Source: an uncultured virus (IMG/VR IMGVR_UViG_3300049170_000088)
Taxonomy: Duplodnaviria; Heunggongvirae; Uroviricota; Caudoviricetes
Direction: 5' to 3' (one strand)
Virus record (IMG/VR): IMGVR_UViG_3300049170_000088
DNA length: 64,000 bases
A program made the translations under genes and the position numbers. Position 1 is the first letter of the stretch; every line of letters begins with the position of its first letter. Below the pieces are notes generated by a model. The model did no database searches. It was not told the DNA's origin and saw nothing but the letters and a program-made list of their open reading frames with translations. Shown in pieces: positions 18,994-29,500 of this stretch.

Positions 18994-19482
18994 TCAGCTC
19001 CAGCGCTGGGGGTTACAGGTGGTCAGGTAGCGCTTGAGGAAGGCGAATCCGGCCGTCCACTCACCGCGTGCCAGGCGGCTGCCGGGCGAGTCGATCCGGG
19101 CCAACGTGGGGAACATGCGCCGTACCCGCAGCTCCTTGTCGCGGGCGTGCACCAGGGCCTCTTCGGGGAGTATCCCGATGTCCTGGAGGAGATCGTGGCC
19201 GCGACGCACATGCCGGTGCATCTCCGCGGCCTCGGCCACATGCAGGCGCCGCAGTGGGACGCCGGTGCGCACAGGGGTGAACTGCGGTACCACGCCGTCG
19301 TGTTCGAGCTGGTCAAGCCACCCGTTGTAGCGCGGGTGCGCGGAGGGCCGCAGCCCGGCGGCGTTGCGGGACAGGTGCTGGCGGGCCCGCTTGGCGAGGG
19401 GCTGCACGGTCGCCCCGATGTAGCGGACGTCGGCGGGCGCGCGCGGGTCGGTGACGGCGTAGACGACGCCGGTGCGGTTCAC
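18994..19482 (-). CDS. GIY-YIG nuclease domain protein
   Basis: GVVYAVTDPR...VRYIGAT...KRARQH and a later AE; GTGA overlap with the recombinase stop. Confidence 0.75.
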   Translation of the reverse strand: MNRTGVVYAVTDPRAPADVRYIGATVQPLAKRARQHLSRNAAGLRPSAHPRYNGWLDQLEHDGVVPQFTPVRTGVPLRRLHVAEAAEMHRHVRRGHDLLQDIGILPEEALVHARDKELRVRRMFPTLARIDSPGSRLARGEWTAGFAFLKRYLTTCNPQRWS

Positions 19483-20531
19483 AGCCCGATTCCGATCAGG
19501 GCGTTGTCCTCCCAGCGGTCGCCCTCTTCGATGTACTCCTCCAACGTGGGCGAGCCGGGCCGGTGGCCGGACTGGCGGGCGATGGTCTTGCGGTCGATGC
19601 CCTTGCGGGCGGCTTCGGTGATGACGCCGCGGCGGGGGCTGTGGCCCGTGTGCCGCACGCCGCACTTGGCGTCCTCACTGCACTTGGTGATCAAGGCCCC
19701 GACCGACTTCGGGTGCAGTCCGCCGGCGAGTGGCTTCAGCGTGCGCCAGTGCAGCGCCTTGAAGAGGAAGTCGTCCGGGTCGTCCAGACCCGCGGCCTCC
19801 ACGTAGACCAGGAAGGAACGCACCGGGCACGTGGAGGGCCGCTGCCCGTAGGGCACCGCGACTTCTCGCGTGGACGTCTTGGAGACGCGGACCGTGACCA
19901 CCAGTCCGTTCTCCTCTACGCGTACGTCCCGCAGGCGCAGGTTCGCCATCTCCGCCTCGCGACCGGCCACGGCGAACTGGAGCAGCACCAGCGACCTGTT
20001 GCGCCACCCGTACAGGTTCTCCGGCTGTGCCTCGACGATCTTCTTCAGGTGCGGGATGAGCAGGGCGGGCGCCTTGCCGACACCGCGGCGCTCGCCCTTT
20101 TCCTCCATCTCCTCCTTGAGGCGCTTGAGGAGTTCGCGGGCGCGCAGGGCGATGTCCTGGTCGAGCTTGAGGCCGTAGCGGTCGCGGCCGGTGACCACTA
20201 CACCCGCAAGGCGCCGGTCGATCGTGTTGGGCGAGGTGAACATGCCGGGCTTGTAGCCGGGCTGGGTCCACAGCCACTCCACGAATGCGGTGAGCGTTCC
20301 GACCGTGATGGCGGTGAACGGGATCTGGAGCTGGAGACAGAACCCCTGCCACACACGCCAGTCGCTCTCGTAGGCCTTCTTGGTGTTCTTGGGCTTCTTG
20401 TCCGCAACGTACTTTGCGGATGCTTCATCCAACTCGGCCAGTCGAGCCAAAAGGTCTTCATCGAACTCATCGGGCATCACGGCTGCTTCGAGCGGAACGG
20501 CCGTAAGCTCCTCATTGACCACAATGGCCAT
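19479..20531 (-). CDS. tyrosine recombinase (integrase/resolvase)
   Basis: Full catalytic set: AGREAE (R), VSKT (K), GHSPRRG (HxxR), SGH, EEY; start codon uncertain. Confidence 0.9.
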   Translation of the reverse strand: MAIVVNEELTAVPLEAAVMPDEFDEDLLARLAELDEASAKYVADKKPKNTKKAYESDWRVWQGFCLQLQIPFTAITVGTLTAFVEWLWTQPGYKPGMFTSPNTIDRRLAGVVVTGRDRYGLKLDQDIALRARELLKRLKEEMEEKGERRGVGKAPALLIPHLKKIVEAQPENLYGWRNRSLVLLQFAVAGREAEMANLRLRDVRVEENGLVVTVRVSKTSTREVAVPYGQRPSTCPVRSFLVYVEAAGLDDPDDFLFKALHWRTLKPLAGGLHPKSVGALITKCSEDAKCGVRHTGHSPRRGVITEAARKGIDRKTIARQSGHRPGSPTLEEYIEEGDRWEDNALIGIGL

Positions 20532-20664
20532 TTCGCCGTCCGTTTTGAGAGCAAGATAAGTCGACATACCTTTAGTCCAATTCACCCGATTAGTCGCGAA
20601 GTTCACCGCCAATATGTGAGCTTATGTTGCCCCAGGCCCCCCGCGCTACAGGCCGCGCCACTAG

Positions 20665-20679
20665 TGACCTTGAAGGTCA
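20665..20679. promoter_or_regulatory. palindromic operator upstream of the Phd-like gene
   Basis: TGACCTT-G-AAGGTCA, ending 17 bp before the ATG. Confidence 0.5.
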
Positions 20680-20696
20680 TTCGGTACGCTTCGGCC

Positions 20697-20972
20697 ATGG
20701 AAACCACTGTGCGCAAGATGGCCCTGACGGAGATCAAGAACAACTGGTCTGCTGTTGTCACTCGGGCCAAGGAGGGCATGCCGACCATCGGGACCGACAG
20801 AGGTAAAGATGCCGTTGCGGTCGTTTCGGTCGATGTGCTCATGAAGTTCATTGAGGGGGAACGGAGCGAACTGCACGAAATGATCCGTGCGCGTCGGGAC
20901 GAGCCCACCACCGACCTCGCCGACGAGCTGGAAGCCGTCGTCAACCAGCAGCTCGGCAGCACGCAGGAATGA
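20697..20972 (+). CDS. Phd/YefM-like antitoxin
   Basis: MALTEIKNNWSAVVTRAKEGMPTIGTDRGKDAVAVVSVD fits the Phd N-terminal pattern; acidic tail. Confidence 0.7.
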   Translation: METTVRKMALTEIKNNWSAVVTRAKEGMPTIGTDRGKDAVAVVSVDVLMKFIEGERSELHEMIRARRDEPTTDLADELEAVVNQQLGSTQE

Positions 20973-21313
20973 GTGTGCGCCGCGAGCTGTTCGCCGCGGC
21001 GATCGCGCCGCCCTGCGGGTGCCCGCACACCGCCCACCAGTTCAGCCAGCTGATCCACTGCGGCGGACCCCGCCGTGAGCACGAAGGCACCGTGTACTGC
21101 CTGGGCTGCTGGGCCGCCGTCTTCCAACCGGCACTCGCCATCGCCAACGACTCCGGCGGCCAGGTACGCATCCTCGACTTCAGCCGCCTGGACCTCCTCT
21201 ACAACAGCCGGACGGTGAGCGCCGACGAGGCCTGGGGCGCCTGCAACCTTCCCTCCCGGCACTGGGCCGACTACGCCCGGAGCCTGGCCCCGAACACGGA
21301 GACCGATTCATGA
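20969..21313 (+). CDS. Cys/His-rich hypothetical protein
   Basis: ATGA-coupled on both sides; CGCPH, HCGG, HEG..YCLGC. Confidence 0.6.
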   Translation: MSVRRELFAAAIAPPCGCPHTAHQFSQLIHCGGPRREHEGTVYCLGCWAAVFQPALAIANDSGGQVRILDFSRLDLLYNSRTVSADEAWGACNLPSRHWADYARSLAPNTETDS

Positions 21314-21582
21314 CCGCAGCACCGCCCATCTCGCCGGCGCGTATCCGCGCCTCCGCCGTCACGGAGCTGCACGCGCTCGCCGAGGGCACCCTCTCCATCC
21401 GCTCGCTGGTCGTGGGACTGCTGCGCATCGCGCAGGACCCCCACGGGGCAGGCGTCTCACTGGGGCCGGGGCAGGACGTCTTCTACCGAAACCTGGAAGA
21501 CAGCAACCGCATCGTCCTCTACACGGTTGGATCGGAGCAGAACGTCACGATCGAAGGCTTCAGGAGGGCGACCGCTCTATGA
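21310..21582 (+). CDS. RelE/ParE-like toxin (putative)
   Basis: 90 aa; AVTELHAL...LLRIAQDPHGAG...YRNL...RIVLYTV...VTI follows the RelE/ParE layout. Confidence 0.45.
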   Translation: MTAAPPISPARIRASAVTELHALAEGTLSIRSLVVGLLRIAQDPHGAGVSLGPGQDVFYRNLEDSNRIVLYTVGSEQNVTIEGFRRATAL

Positions 21583-21833
21583 CGATGCAGGCCCAAGGCC
21601 AGGAACAGGACCAGGAGCCGAGGGAGCAGTGCCCGCGGTGCACGGAGGCGCTGCGGGCCTTCCCCGAGGACATCGGGGCGGCCAGCCGGGTCGTCGCCGA
21701 GGACCAGGACGTGCGGATCTGCGCAGCGTGCGGGATGGACGAGGCGATGAGGGTTACGGCCGGGCTCGCGCCGGTACCGCCGGGTGAGTGGCCGGTGCGC
21801 AAGCGGCTGGGCTTCCTTTCGGCCGTCCGATAG
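21579..21833 (+). CDS. small zinc-finger protein
   Basis: CPRC...ICAACGMDEA; ATGA-coupled. Confidence 0.6.
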   Translation: MTMQAQGQEQDQEPREQCPRCTEALRAFPEDIGAASRVVAEDQDVRICAACGMDEAMRVTAGLAPVPPGEWPVRKRLGFLSAVR

Positions 21834-21942
21834 GTCACGGGACCCGTGGGGGTCACGACTTCCGTTGACAACGGGAGTCGTGACCCCCTAACGTTTTCTG
21901 TGAAGGCCACGGCAGGCGTGACCCCCACGAGAGGAATCCCGT

Positions 21943-22584
21943 ATGTCCGACACCGCCCCCCGGCTCGACCTCGACAAGAAGGACGAGGACTCCCCGGAGG
22001 ACGAGAGCTTGCAGTCCGACGGCCACGACGAGCACTGCCGACGCAGCCACCTGCGCTGGACGCGCGTCGTCGCGGTCCTTACCTTCCTGCCCGCTCTGTT
22101 CGCGCTGCACTCCGCCTACATGACGGTCACCGACACCCGACTGCGCATCGACAGTGACGCGACCGCCCCCGGCGGCCAGAAGATCGAGCGCGGCATCGTG
22201 GCGTTTGACGGCGCCTGGTGGGAGCACGCCCTCATGGCCACGCCCTACCTGGTCATGGCCCTGGGAACCGTCATGGTGTGCCGCGCGCTGGTCCGCATCG
22301 ACGTCAACATGGTGATGCACTCGCGTCCCTTCACCCGGCGCGATTCGCAGGTGCTCTACGCAGCCCCGTTCTACGTCATGGGAGCCGATCTCCTGGCCAG
22401 CCTCACGACGGCCTACCTCCCGCGGCTGCTGCCCGGCACCGAGGGCCTGGACGACCCTAAGCTGGACACCGGAAGCGTCTTCGGCGGGTTCTGGATCGTC
22501 ACTCTGATGCTGGTGCTGTTTCAGATGCACCGGATTCACACCCAGGCACGGACCGCCCACGAGCGCCTGGAGGAGGTTGCATGA
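21943..22584 (+). CDS. DUF2975-like membrane protein
   Basis: Four TM segments, RPFT motif, C-terminal ERLEEVA; coupled to an HTH gene as in DUF2975-HTH pairs. Confidence 0.55.
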   Translation: MSDTAPRLDLDKKDEDSPEDESLQSDGHDEHCRRSHLRWTRVVAVLTFLPALFALHSAYMTVTDTRLRIDSDATAPGGQKIERGIVAFDGAWWEHALMATPYLVMALGTVMVCRALVRIDVNMVMHSRPFTRRDSQVLYAAPFYVMGADLLASLTTAYLPRLLPGTEGLDDPKLDTGSVFGGFWIVTLMLVLFQMHRIHTQARTAHERLEEVA

Positions 22585-22868
22585 CGACCGCGCAGGCCGC
22601 GCCGGTCCCGGAGACCGGCGCGCACCAACAGGAGCTGGAGCCCGGTGACATCGTGGTCCTGCTGGACGAGGTGCTGAAAGACCGGGGCATGTCCCTTGGG
22701 GAGCTGTCGCGCCGGACCGGCATCACGACCAAGAACCTCGCCGAGCTGAAGAACGGCAAGAAGAAGGCGATCTGGTGGTCCACGCTCGCGCCCGTGTGTG
22801 CGGTGCTGGACTGCCAGCCCGGTGACCTTCTGCGGCACGTGCCGACACACCACGAGCCCGCAGACTGA
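22581..22868 (+). CDS. Cro/C1-type (HTH_26/YozG-like) regulator
   Basis: LDEVLKDRGMSLGELSRRTGITTKNLAELKNGKKKAIWWSTL...LDCQPGDLL. Confidence 0.9.
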   Translation: MTTAQAAPVPETGAHQQELEPGDIVVLLDEVLKDRGMSLGELSRRTGITTKNLAELKNGKKKAIWWSTLAPVCAVLDCQPGDLLRHVPTHHEPAD

Positions 22869-22887
22869 GCACCACCGCACGTCAGGA

Positions 22888-22912
22888 GCCCCGCACCGGC
22901 ATGGTGCGGGGC
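22888..22912 (+). terminator. stem-loop
   Basis: GCCCCGCACC / GGTGCGGGGC. Confidence 0.55.
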
Positions 22913-22981
22913 CCCTTCCATGTCTGCGGTCCAAACTGGTCCCCGTACTCGAAACGGACTTATCGACCAGCGGAGACCCTT

Positions 22982-24145
22982 ATGGCCGTCAGCCGGTGCG
23001 CGCCACGCGTAGAGATCGCTCCTCCCCGCAGCACCCGCCGCCCCTTCGGCCTGTACTCCGTCGCCGAGGTCCGCGACGTCGAAGACGGCCACTGGTCGCA
23101 CGGCATCCAGTACCGCACCGAAGCGTGCTCCGGAAACGTCTACGCGTGGCCCAAGCCATGCCCCCCGGCCTGCGAGCCGGACTGCTTCGAGGCCACCACC
23201 ATCACCGTGCGCCTGGTCCACGAGGTCGAAGACCGCGACTGCGGCGACGTCTCCAAGATCACCGCTTCCGTGACGGCCCCCGCCACCCCCGCCGACCTGC
23301 CCTTCCGCACCATCATCAGTGTGTGGGTGGACTCCTGCGGCACCTCCGTGGACCTCACCCCCGGCGACACCGAAGTCACCGTCGCCCGCACCCCGGCCCG
23401 CGCCGGCGCCCTCAAGCCGCACGCGGTCACCGTCCGCGAGTCCTACAACGGCACCGAGAAGACCGTCAGCCTCGCGCCGCAGGCCACCACCGACGTCGTC
23501 CTGACCGCCGACCCCGACCAGCCGCGCCGGAAAGTCCTGGACGGCATCGGCCCGTGGATCGGCTCCGACCCCGTCCCCCTGTACTCCTCCGTGCACTGCA
23601 CCCCCGGCTCCGGCTTCGCCGAGGAGGCCAAGCGGATCACCGAAGACCGCCTGGCCTGCCAGGAGGAGTGCGCCGTGGAGGACTACCTGTGGACCCAACT
23701 CTCCGCCGGCGAAGCCCAGTACGTCGGCAACCCGGCCGCCCCCAAGACGTTCCTGTGCGCCATGGCGGAGCTGGAGGCCGCGACCGCCCGCGAGCGCTCC
23801 TGCACCACCGGCGTCCTGCACGTGCCCGCCCGGCTGTCCCTGCCGCTGTCCTCCGGAGGCTGCTGCCTCATCGAGGAGGAGGGCCGCGCACTGACCACCC
23901 GACTCGGCACGAAAATCGCCCTGGGAGCCTGCTACGACGACCGGATGCGGCCCGACGGCGTCCTCGCCGCGGAGGACCAGGTCGTCCTCATCGCCACCGG
24001 CCCCGTCGTCGTCCAGCGCGGCCCCATCAGCTCCTACGAGGGCCTGGACAAGGTCACCAACGACTACGCCGCCATCGCTGAACGCACCTTCGGCATCATC
24101 GCTGACTGCCCCCTGTTCTGGACCGTCGCGAAGAACTGCTCCTGA
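22982..24145 (+). CDS. capsid-associated (decoration/minor capsid) protein, paralog 2
   Basis: Paralog of 44227-45552: RPFGLYSVAEV..VEDGHW..GIQYR, RRKVLDG, GVLHVPA, TGPVVVQRGP, TNDYAAIAERT. Confidence 0.75.
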   Translation: MAVSRCAPRVEIAPPRSTRRPFGLYSVAEVRDVEDGHWSHGIQYRTEACSGNVYAWPKPCPPACEPDCFEATTITVRLVHEVEDRDCGDVSKITASVTAPATPADLPFRTIISVWVDSCGTSVDLTPGDTEVTVARTPARAGALKPHAVTVRESYNGTEKTVSLAPQATTDVVLTADPDQPRRKVLDGIGPWIGSDPVPLYSSVHCTPGSGFAEEAKRITEDRLACQEECAVEDYLWTQLSAGEAQYVGNPAAPKTFLCAMAELEAATARERSCTTGVLHVPARLSLPLSSGGCCLIEEEGRALTTRLGTKIALGACYDDRMRPDGVLAAEDQVVLIATGPVVVQRGPISSYEGLDKVTNDYAAIAERTFGIIADCPLFWTVAKNCS

Positions 24146-24148
24146 TGA

Positions 24149-24595
24149 TCAGGCGGACGGCGGAAGCACCGGCTCATCGATGTGGCAGTGCTCCACCTCC
24201 ACCCCGTACGCGCCCTCCCAGGACGACCACAGGCTCCGGGCGACCGCCTGACCCACCGCCACCGACCGGTGACGACCGCCCTGGCACACCACCGTCAGGA
24301 ACGCCAGCCGACCCAGCGGAACCTCATCGGCCAGGGCGCGAAGCTGCCGGGCCGTCCGGGCGATCAGCTCCGGGGCGCCGGGCGTCGCCAGCACGTGCGC
24401 GTACACCCGGCCGTGCAAGCCGGTCAGGTACCGCATCGCCGGATCGTCAGCCGGATTGCGCAGCACGTAACGCAGGTCCAGATACAGGCCGTTGGTGACG
24501 AGGTCGTGGGCTCCCTTGTGCCGGAAGCCGATGGTACGCACGACGGCGGCGACGAGCCCTCGCCCGTCCAGATGGGTGATCTGCATGCCGGACAC
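24149..24595 (-). CDS. RapZ C-terminal-like domain protein
   Basis: TIGFRH, DLRYVLRNP, LTGL, CQGGRHRSVAV. Confidence 0.8.
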   Translation of the reverse strand: MSGMQITHLDGRGLVAAVVRTIGFRHKGAHDLVTNGLYLDLRYVLRNPADDPAMRYLTGLHGRVYAHVLATPGAPELIARTARQLRALADEVPLGRLAFLTVVCQGGRHRSVAVGQAVARSLWSSWEGAYGVEVEHCHIDEPVLPPSA

Positions 24596-24640
24596 GATTG
24601 CGCTCCGGCGAAGGTTGCGGAAGTAGTTTCCTGTTTCCTC

Positions 24641-25060
24641 TTACGCCGCCTGCGCCCAGCGCGCGGCCACCGACCGGTCCACGATCATCTCCAGGAGATC
24701 ACGGGAGATGTGCCCCCACCTGCGGCCCGGATCGTCCGTCGGCTCCGCGCCGGACTCGTTGCCGTACGGGGTGAGCACCCGATACGGGTCGGGCCCGTAC
24801 TCACGTACCGCGAGCGCGGCCACCGGGTCGTAGATCTCGCCCACCAGCGCGGCCAGGGGGTTGACGTTGCGCACCGCCCACGCCGAGCGTTCCCGGTCAC
24901 ACGCCGCGCACACCCGCCACCCCCACTTGCCGCGCTGCTCCGCCCGCGCCACGCCCTGCGCCGGCTGATTCGCCGTTCCTCCGCAGTCCCCGCAGGCGAG
25001 CGGACCGGCGTAATTGATGACGGGCAGGAGCTGACCGGACAGTGAGCGCATGCCGCTCAC
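24641..25060 (-). CDS. hypothetical zinc-binding protein
   Basis: CGDC...CAAC; directly downstream of the distal tail gene. Confidence 0.5.
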   Translation of the reverse strand: MSGMRSLSGQLLPVINYAGPLACGDCGGTANQPAQGVARAEQRGKWGWRVCAACDRERSAWAVRNVNPLAALVGEIYDPVAALAVREYGPDPYRVLTPYGNESGAEPTDDPGRRWGHISRDLLEMIVDRSVAARWAQAA

Positions 25061-25069
25061 GCTACGGGC

Positions 25070-26533
25070 TCAGGTGGCGTCGAAGCGCGCGACGTAGCCG
25101 ATGCTGAATTCGGCCTGCGTGTCGATGTTCACGCGGACGTCGGCGCCGGCGGAGTTCTCCACCGTGACCTGCTGCGAGGTGACGATCTCGATGCAGAAGC
25201 CCGTCCCGCACGGGAAGACGGGCCACTGGAAGGACGTGCCGCCAGGACCGATCAGGGGAATGCGCTGTGTGGTCGTGACGAACTTCAGCTTGGGGTCCTT
25301 CTGGCGGCAGCGGGCGTACGCCTTCTGCGACCGGCCGTCGATGGAGATCGACGCGTTGGAAGGCAGCCAGGGGATGAACAGCTCCGCGCACGCCGTGCAG
25401 GGGTCGATGGGGTTCTTCGTGCAGTCCCGGCCCTGGAGGTTCTGGTAGAAGCGGAAGAGGGTGTTCTCCAGCGGCTGCGAGCCCGACTCGATGTTGATGT
25501 ACGGCACGCCCTCCGCCTGCCGCGGCATCAGCAGCGGAGACACCGTCTTGATGGTCCGCCACGCCGCGTAGGGCCTCTCGGGGTAGCAGCGGTCGACGGG
25601 CACCGGCACCTTGGGCACCGGGGGCGGGAAGGGGCAGTGCGGGTTCTCCTCGCACTTGGGTCCTTCGCGCTGCTGCTGGTCGCAGTCCTCGCGCTGCTGG
25701 TCGGGGTCGAACCGGGAGACCTTGCTGCCCTTGACGAACTTGGTGTAGTCCACGACGCGGATGGAGTCCGCGTACGCCCAGGGCTTGCCCGCCACGATGG
25801 TGAACTCCACGCCGGTCGCCACCGCGGCGCCGCCGCGGGCCCCGCCGAACCCGGCGCAGCCGCTCGCGCCTCCGCCGCCGATCTGCGTCACGGTGCCCGA
25901 GCCGGAGGTTCCGCCGCTGCCGCCGCCGGTCAGCGATGAGTCGCCGCCCGAGCCGCCCTGCTGTCCGCCGGTCAGTGCGATCTGGTTGGGGCCCTCCATC
26001 AGCCCGACGTCCATGAAGTGACGCAGGTAGCGGGAGCGCTGGCCCGGATTGTCGCCGTCGTCGTCCTGCGGGCAGCACGAGTAGATGCAGAAGGTCAGGC
26101 CCGAACACTCGTTGTTCTGGCAGGAGTTGCCGCGCAGGATGTGGGAGAGCCAGCCGATTGCGTAGATCAGCGCGCAGTGGTCCAGGGCGAAGACGGCCAG
26201 GGTGACCTGGATCTCGCGGTGCGCCATCCGCAGGGGTCCGATCACCGAGCCGTCGCCGACGGCTTCGGTGGGTGAGCGGGTGCCGGTGCCCCCGAAGCCC
26301 ACCATGTCCATCCCCATGAAGCCCAAGACGCGCTGCGACTCGGGGTAGTGCGGGTCGTACCAGGGCGCCCGGTCGGTCTTGGGCGTGGTGTAGAGCGGCG
26401 AGCCCAGGGCGGCGTTCAGGCCGTCGCAGGGCGCGCACATCATGCCGAGCCCGGCCCGCTGAGCGTAGGCGTAGGTGCGTGCCTCATTCAGGACCTCAAC
26501 CCCGCCGTATTCGGCGTACCCGAGGTAGGGCAT
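25070..26533 (-). CDS. minor tail protein (distal tail/Dit-like)
   Basis: ATG at 26533 with GGAGAG RBS; GYAEYGGVEVLNEART...APWYDP..PES resembles actinophage minor tail proteins that follow the tape measure. Confidence 0.65.
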   Translation of the reverse strand: MPYLGYAEYGGVEVLNEARTYAYAQRAGLGMMCAPCDGLNAALGSPLYTTPKTDRAPWYDPHYPESQRVLGFMGMDMVGFGGTGTRSPTEAVGDGSVIGPLRMAHREIQVTLAVFALDHCALIYAIGWLSHILRGNSCQNNECSGLTFCIYSCCPQDDDGDNPGQRSRYLRHFMDVGLMEGPNQIALTGGQQGGSGGDSSLTGGGSGGTSGSGTVTQIGGGGASGCAGFGGARGGAAVATGVEFTIVAGKPWAYADSIRVVDYTKFVKGSKVSRFDPDQQREDCDQQQREGPKCEENPHCPFPPPVPKVPVPVDRCYPERPYAAWRTIKTVSPLLMPRQAEGVPYINIESGSQPLENTLFRFYQNLQGRDCTKNPIDPCTACAELFIPWLPSNASISIDGRSQKAYARCRQKDPKLKFVTTTQRIPLIGPGGTSFQWPVFPCGTGFCIEIVTSQQVTVENSAGADVRVNIDTQAEFSIGYVARFDAT

Positions 26534-26544
26534 GGATCTCTCTC

Positions 26545-29500
26545 CTATGTCTCGGGCGGGTTGAGGACGGCGGTCACGCCCTTGTTCACGGCGGTGATGT
26601 ACTGGTTGAAGGCGGCTGTACGGTTCGCGGGGTTCTGGATGGACGCGAGGCTGAGGTCGCCGCCTGCGTAGAAGGCCTGGCGCTGCGTGCGGGAGATCTC
26701 GATCTGGCAGCCGGCGCCGAACTCGCACTTGTTGCAGATGTTGTCCCGGTCCGTTCCGGTCAGCCCGGACGGGGCGTCCTTGCACAGGAACCCGGCTGCG
26801 GTCAGCTCGGCGCGGATGGCGTCGCGCAGCTCGGTGTCCAGCCCTCCCACGTAGGTGAGGGCGGTGCCCGGCTCCCGGTCCGCGTGCCCGTGCCAGGACA
26901 CGATCCGCGGTGCAGAGGCCACGTGCGCGACTCCGGTGGGCTCGTCGAAGCGGGTGGAGGTGATGTGCAGCGACGCGTTGTTCGAGGGCTTGCGGCCGGA
27001 GAACGTGTAGAAGCCGTATCCGCCGTTCTGCGCCGCCTGGTCGGCGAGCTGTTCGGGCGGGGCTTCCATGCCGCCGCCGTGGATGGCGATGTGGCTCAGC
27101 CCGTTCGCCACTGGCCGCTCGATGATGAAGTAGTCCCGGTCCTTGACGTTGACCAGGGCGCCGGTGCCCGGGACCAGGTCGGTGGCCAGATCCTCGAAGT
27201 TGAAGTAGGTGTCATTGCCGAGGTCTTCGCAGGGCACCGGGTAGGGGCCGCCGCAGGCCCGGATGCTGGAGTCCTGGATGTCCTGGACGCATACCTCGTA
27301 GGAGCCCGGCTGGTACTCGCGCGGGCTGACGACCTCGCCGGTCGCCGCGGCGTGCGTCGTGGGGTTGGGGTCGTCCGGAATCCAGTAGATCTTGACGCCG
27401 CGGTTGTTCGCGTTGACGTACGAGACCTTGATCTTGTTGGCGTCCGGCGGGCACCCCTCGTACTTGATGCTGACGCCCTTGGCGGCCGGGGTGCCGGTAC
27501 AGGGGATCTGGGTGACGCCGGTCGCCACGGCGGTGCCGCCGTCGGCGTCCTTGACGATGATCTGTACGGGCTGGGATGCCCGGTGCGCCGGGGTGGCGTA
27601 CACGTTCGCCTTGCGGCGCCCGGTGGCGTCGGTGGAGAAGCCCCACGCCAGGCGGGGGCCTTCCGGGCTGGGCAGCACGAAGATCGACTCGGACTCTCGC
27701 CAAGTCAGGTTCGGGTACTGGTCGTTGGGGATGTTCGTGATGACGTTGCCGGTCGCCCCACGGATGTCGGTGACCGTCAAGCGGGCGTTGTTGGCGTCCC
27801 CGGCCCCGTAGAAGTGGTACGCGTAGTTCCCGTACAGCGTCCAGCACTGGAAGTTCGGGATCGACGTGTCGTTGACGGCGCAGTCGAAGACCGGGGAGCC
27901 GAACTGGCGCGCCAGGAAGTCCGACAGCTTCCAGACGGTGATGTGGTACTGGTTGTCCTGGCTGCGGTGGCGGACCGCGATGCGGTCGTGGTCCAGGTCC
28001 AGGCACGGGTTGACATGGTCGGAGTCGGGGCGCGGGTCGTAGCGCTCGATGCTCGGGTCGTTGGCCTGGAGGATCTTCCCGGCGGTGTAGGGGAAGCGGG
28101 CGACCTGGGTGCCGTATCCGTTGGAGCCGATGGCGGTGGGCGGCGGGTCGATGGCGGTGAAGAGGTTGACCGTGCTCCCCGAGTGCTGCACGCCGAGGCC
28201 CGAGCCGTGGTCCCAGCCGCGCGAGGGGCCGGGAAGGACACCGACCAGGTACATGTGGGAGATGGGCTCGGTGCCGTTGGGGGCGACGCGGTTGATGGCG
28301 AGGTGGCCGTTGGCCGCGCGCACGGCGTGGTCGATAGCGGCGTTCTCGCCGGCGAGCTGGCGTCCGCCGTTGATGACCTGGCTGAAGTAGACGTCGCCGT
28401 TGGTGCGGTCGACGTCGGCCTGCTGGTGCACGGTGGTCTGCGAGAGCGTGACCGTGCCGCCCAGGATCGGATCGGCCTTGCGGGCGACCTGGAGCGGGTC
28501 GCCCTCCTTCCAGTAGGTGTGGGCCGGGATCTGGCCGCTCTGGTAGGTCTGCACGTCGCCGTCGCCCCAGTCCACGGTGATCGGGTAGCGGGTTCCGGCG
28601 GCGATGTCCAAGGTGACCTTGTGGTCGTCGGCGGGGTCGCAGATGGCCGTGGCGTCGGGGCCGGACTGGCAGGGCACGTTGACGGTGTCGGCGCCGGTGC
28701 GGCCGTCCTCGTCGGGGTCGGTTGCGGTGATGACGAAGCGGCCGTCCAGACCGGCCGGGTACAGCACGGTCGTGACGTCCACCCCGTCGCCCTGGTTGGT
28801 GGCGTCGTCGATGGTGGCGCCGCTGGTGGCGCTGATGACGACCGAGCCGTGGCCGCGGTTGTCGGCGGTGACCTTGAAGCGGCGGCCGGTGCCGTCGGTG
28901 GGGTCGCAGACCGCGGCCACCGCGATCAGTTCGGCGCCGCCGCCGGTGCACACGGGGGTCTGCACGGAGCGGCAGCCGCCGTCCACGGCCTCGGAGCACA
29001 CCATGATCAGGAAGGAGCGGCCCAGGCCGTCAGGGTAGGCGTGGGTGAGGGTGCCGGGCCGTACGCCGGTCTGGAGCGGGGAGCCGTCGCCCCAGTCGAC
29101 GGAGACGGTGCCGCGGTCGTTGTTGAAGACGCTGATGGTGGCGGTGCAGCTCTGGTTCCAGGAGACGAAGGTGACGTCGGGGCGCAGGCCTCCGGCCACG
29201 TAGGTGCAGCGTCCGCAGAAGTTGGGGATGTCGTTGCGGCAGACCTTGATGGGGAAGCGGCCGTCGGTGGTGAAGGTGTGGCGCAGGCGGGCCGTGCAGT
29301 CCTCACCGACGGCGATGTACTGGTACTGGTCGGTGCCTGCGTCCTCGCCCCAGTCGACGCGCAGTCCGTACTTGCCGATCGGGGATTCGCCGGGGCAGGC
29401 GCAGGCCACGGTGTCGGGGTCCGGGGTGCCGCACCAGGCCTGGGTGGGCAGCGTGACGTCGACCAGGACACTGCGGCCGGTGTCGTCGGTGGGGTCCTGG

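Noticed and set aside
18994..19482. GIY-YIG gene as an intron or intein homing endonuclease
   Set aside because: Free-standing and coupled to the recombinase; no interrupted host gene around it.
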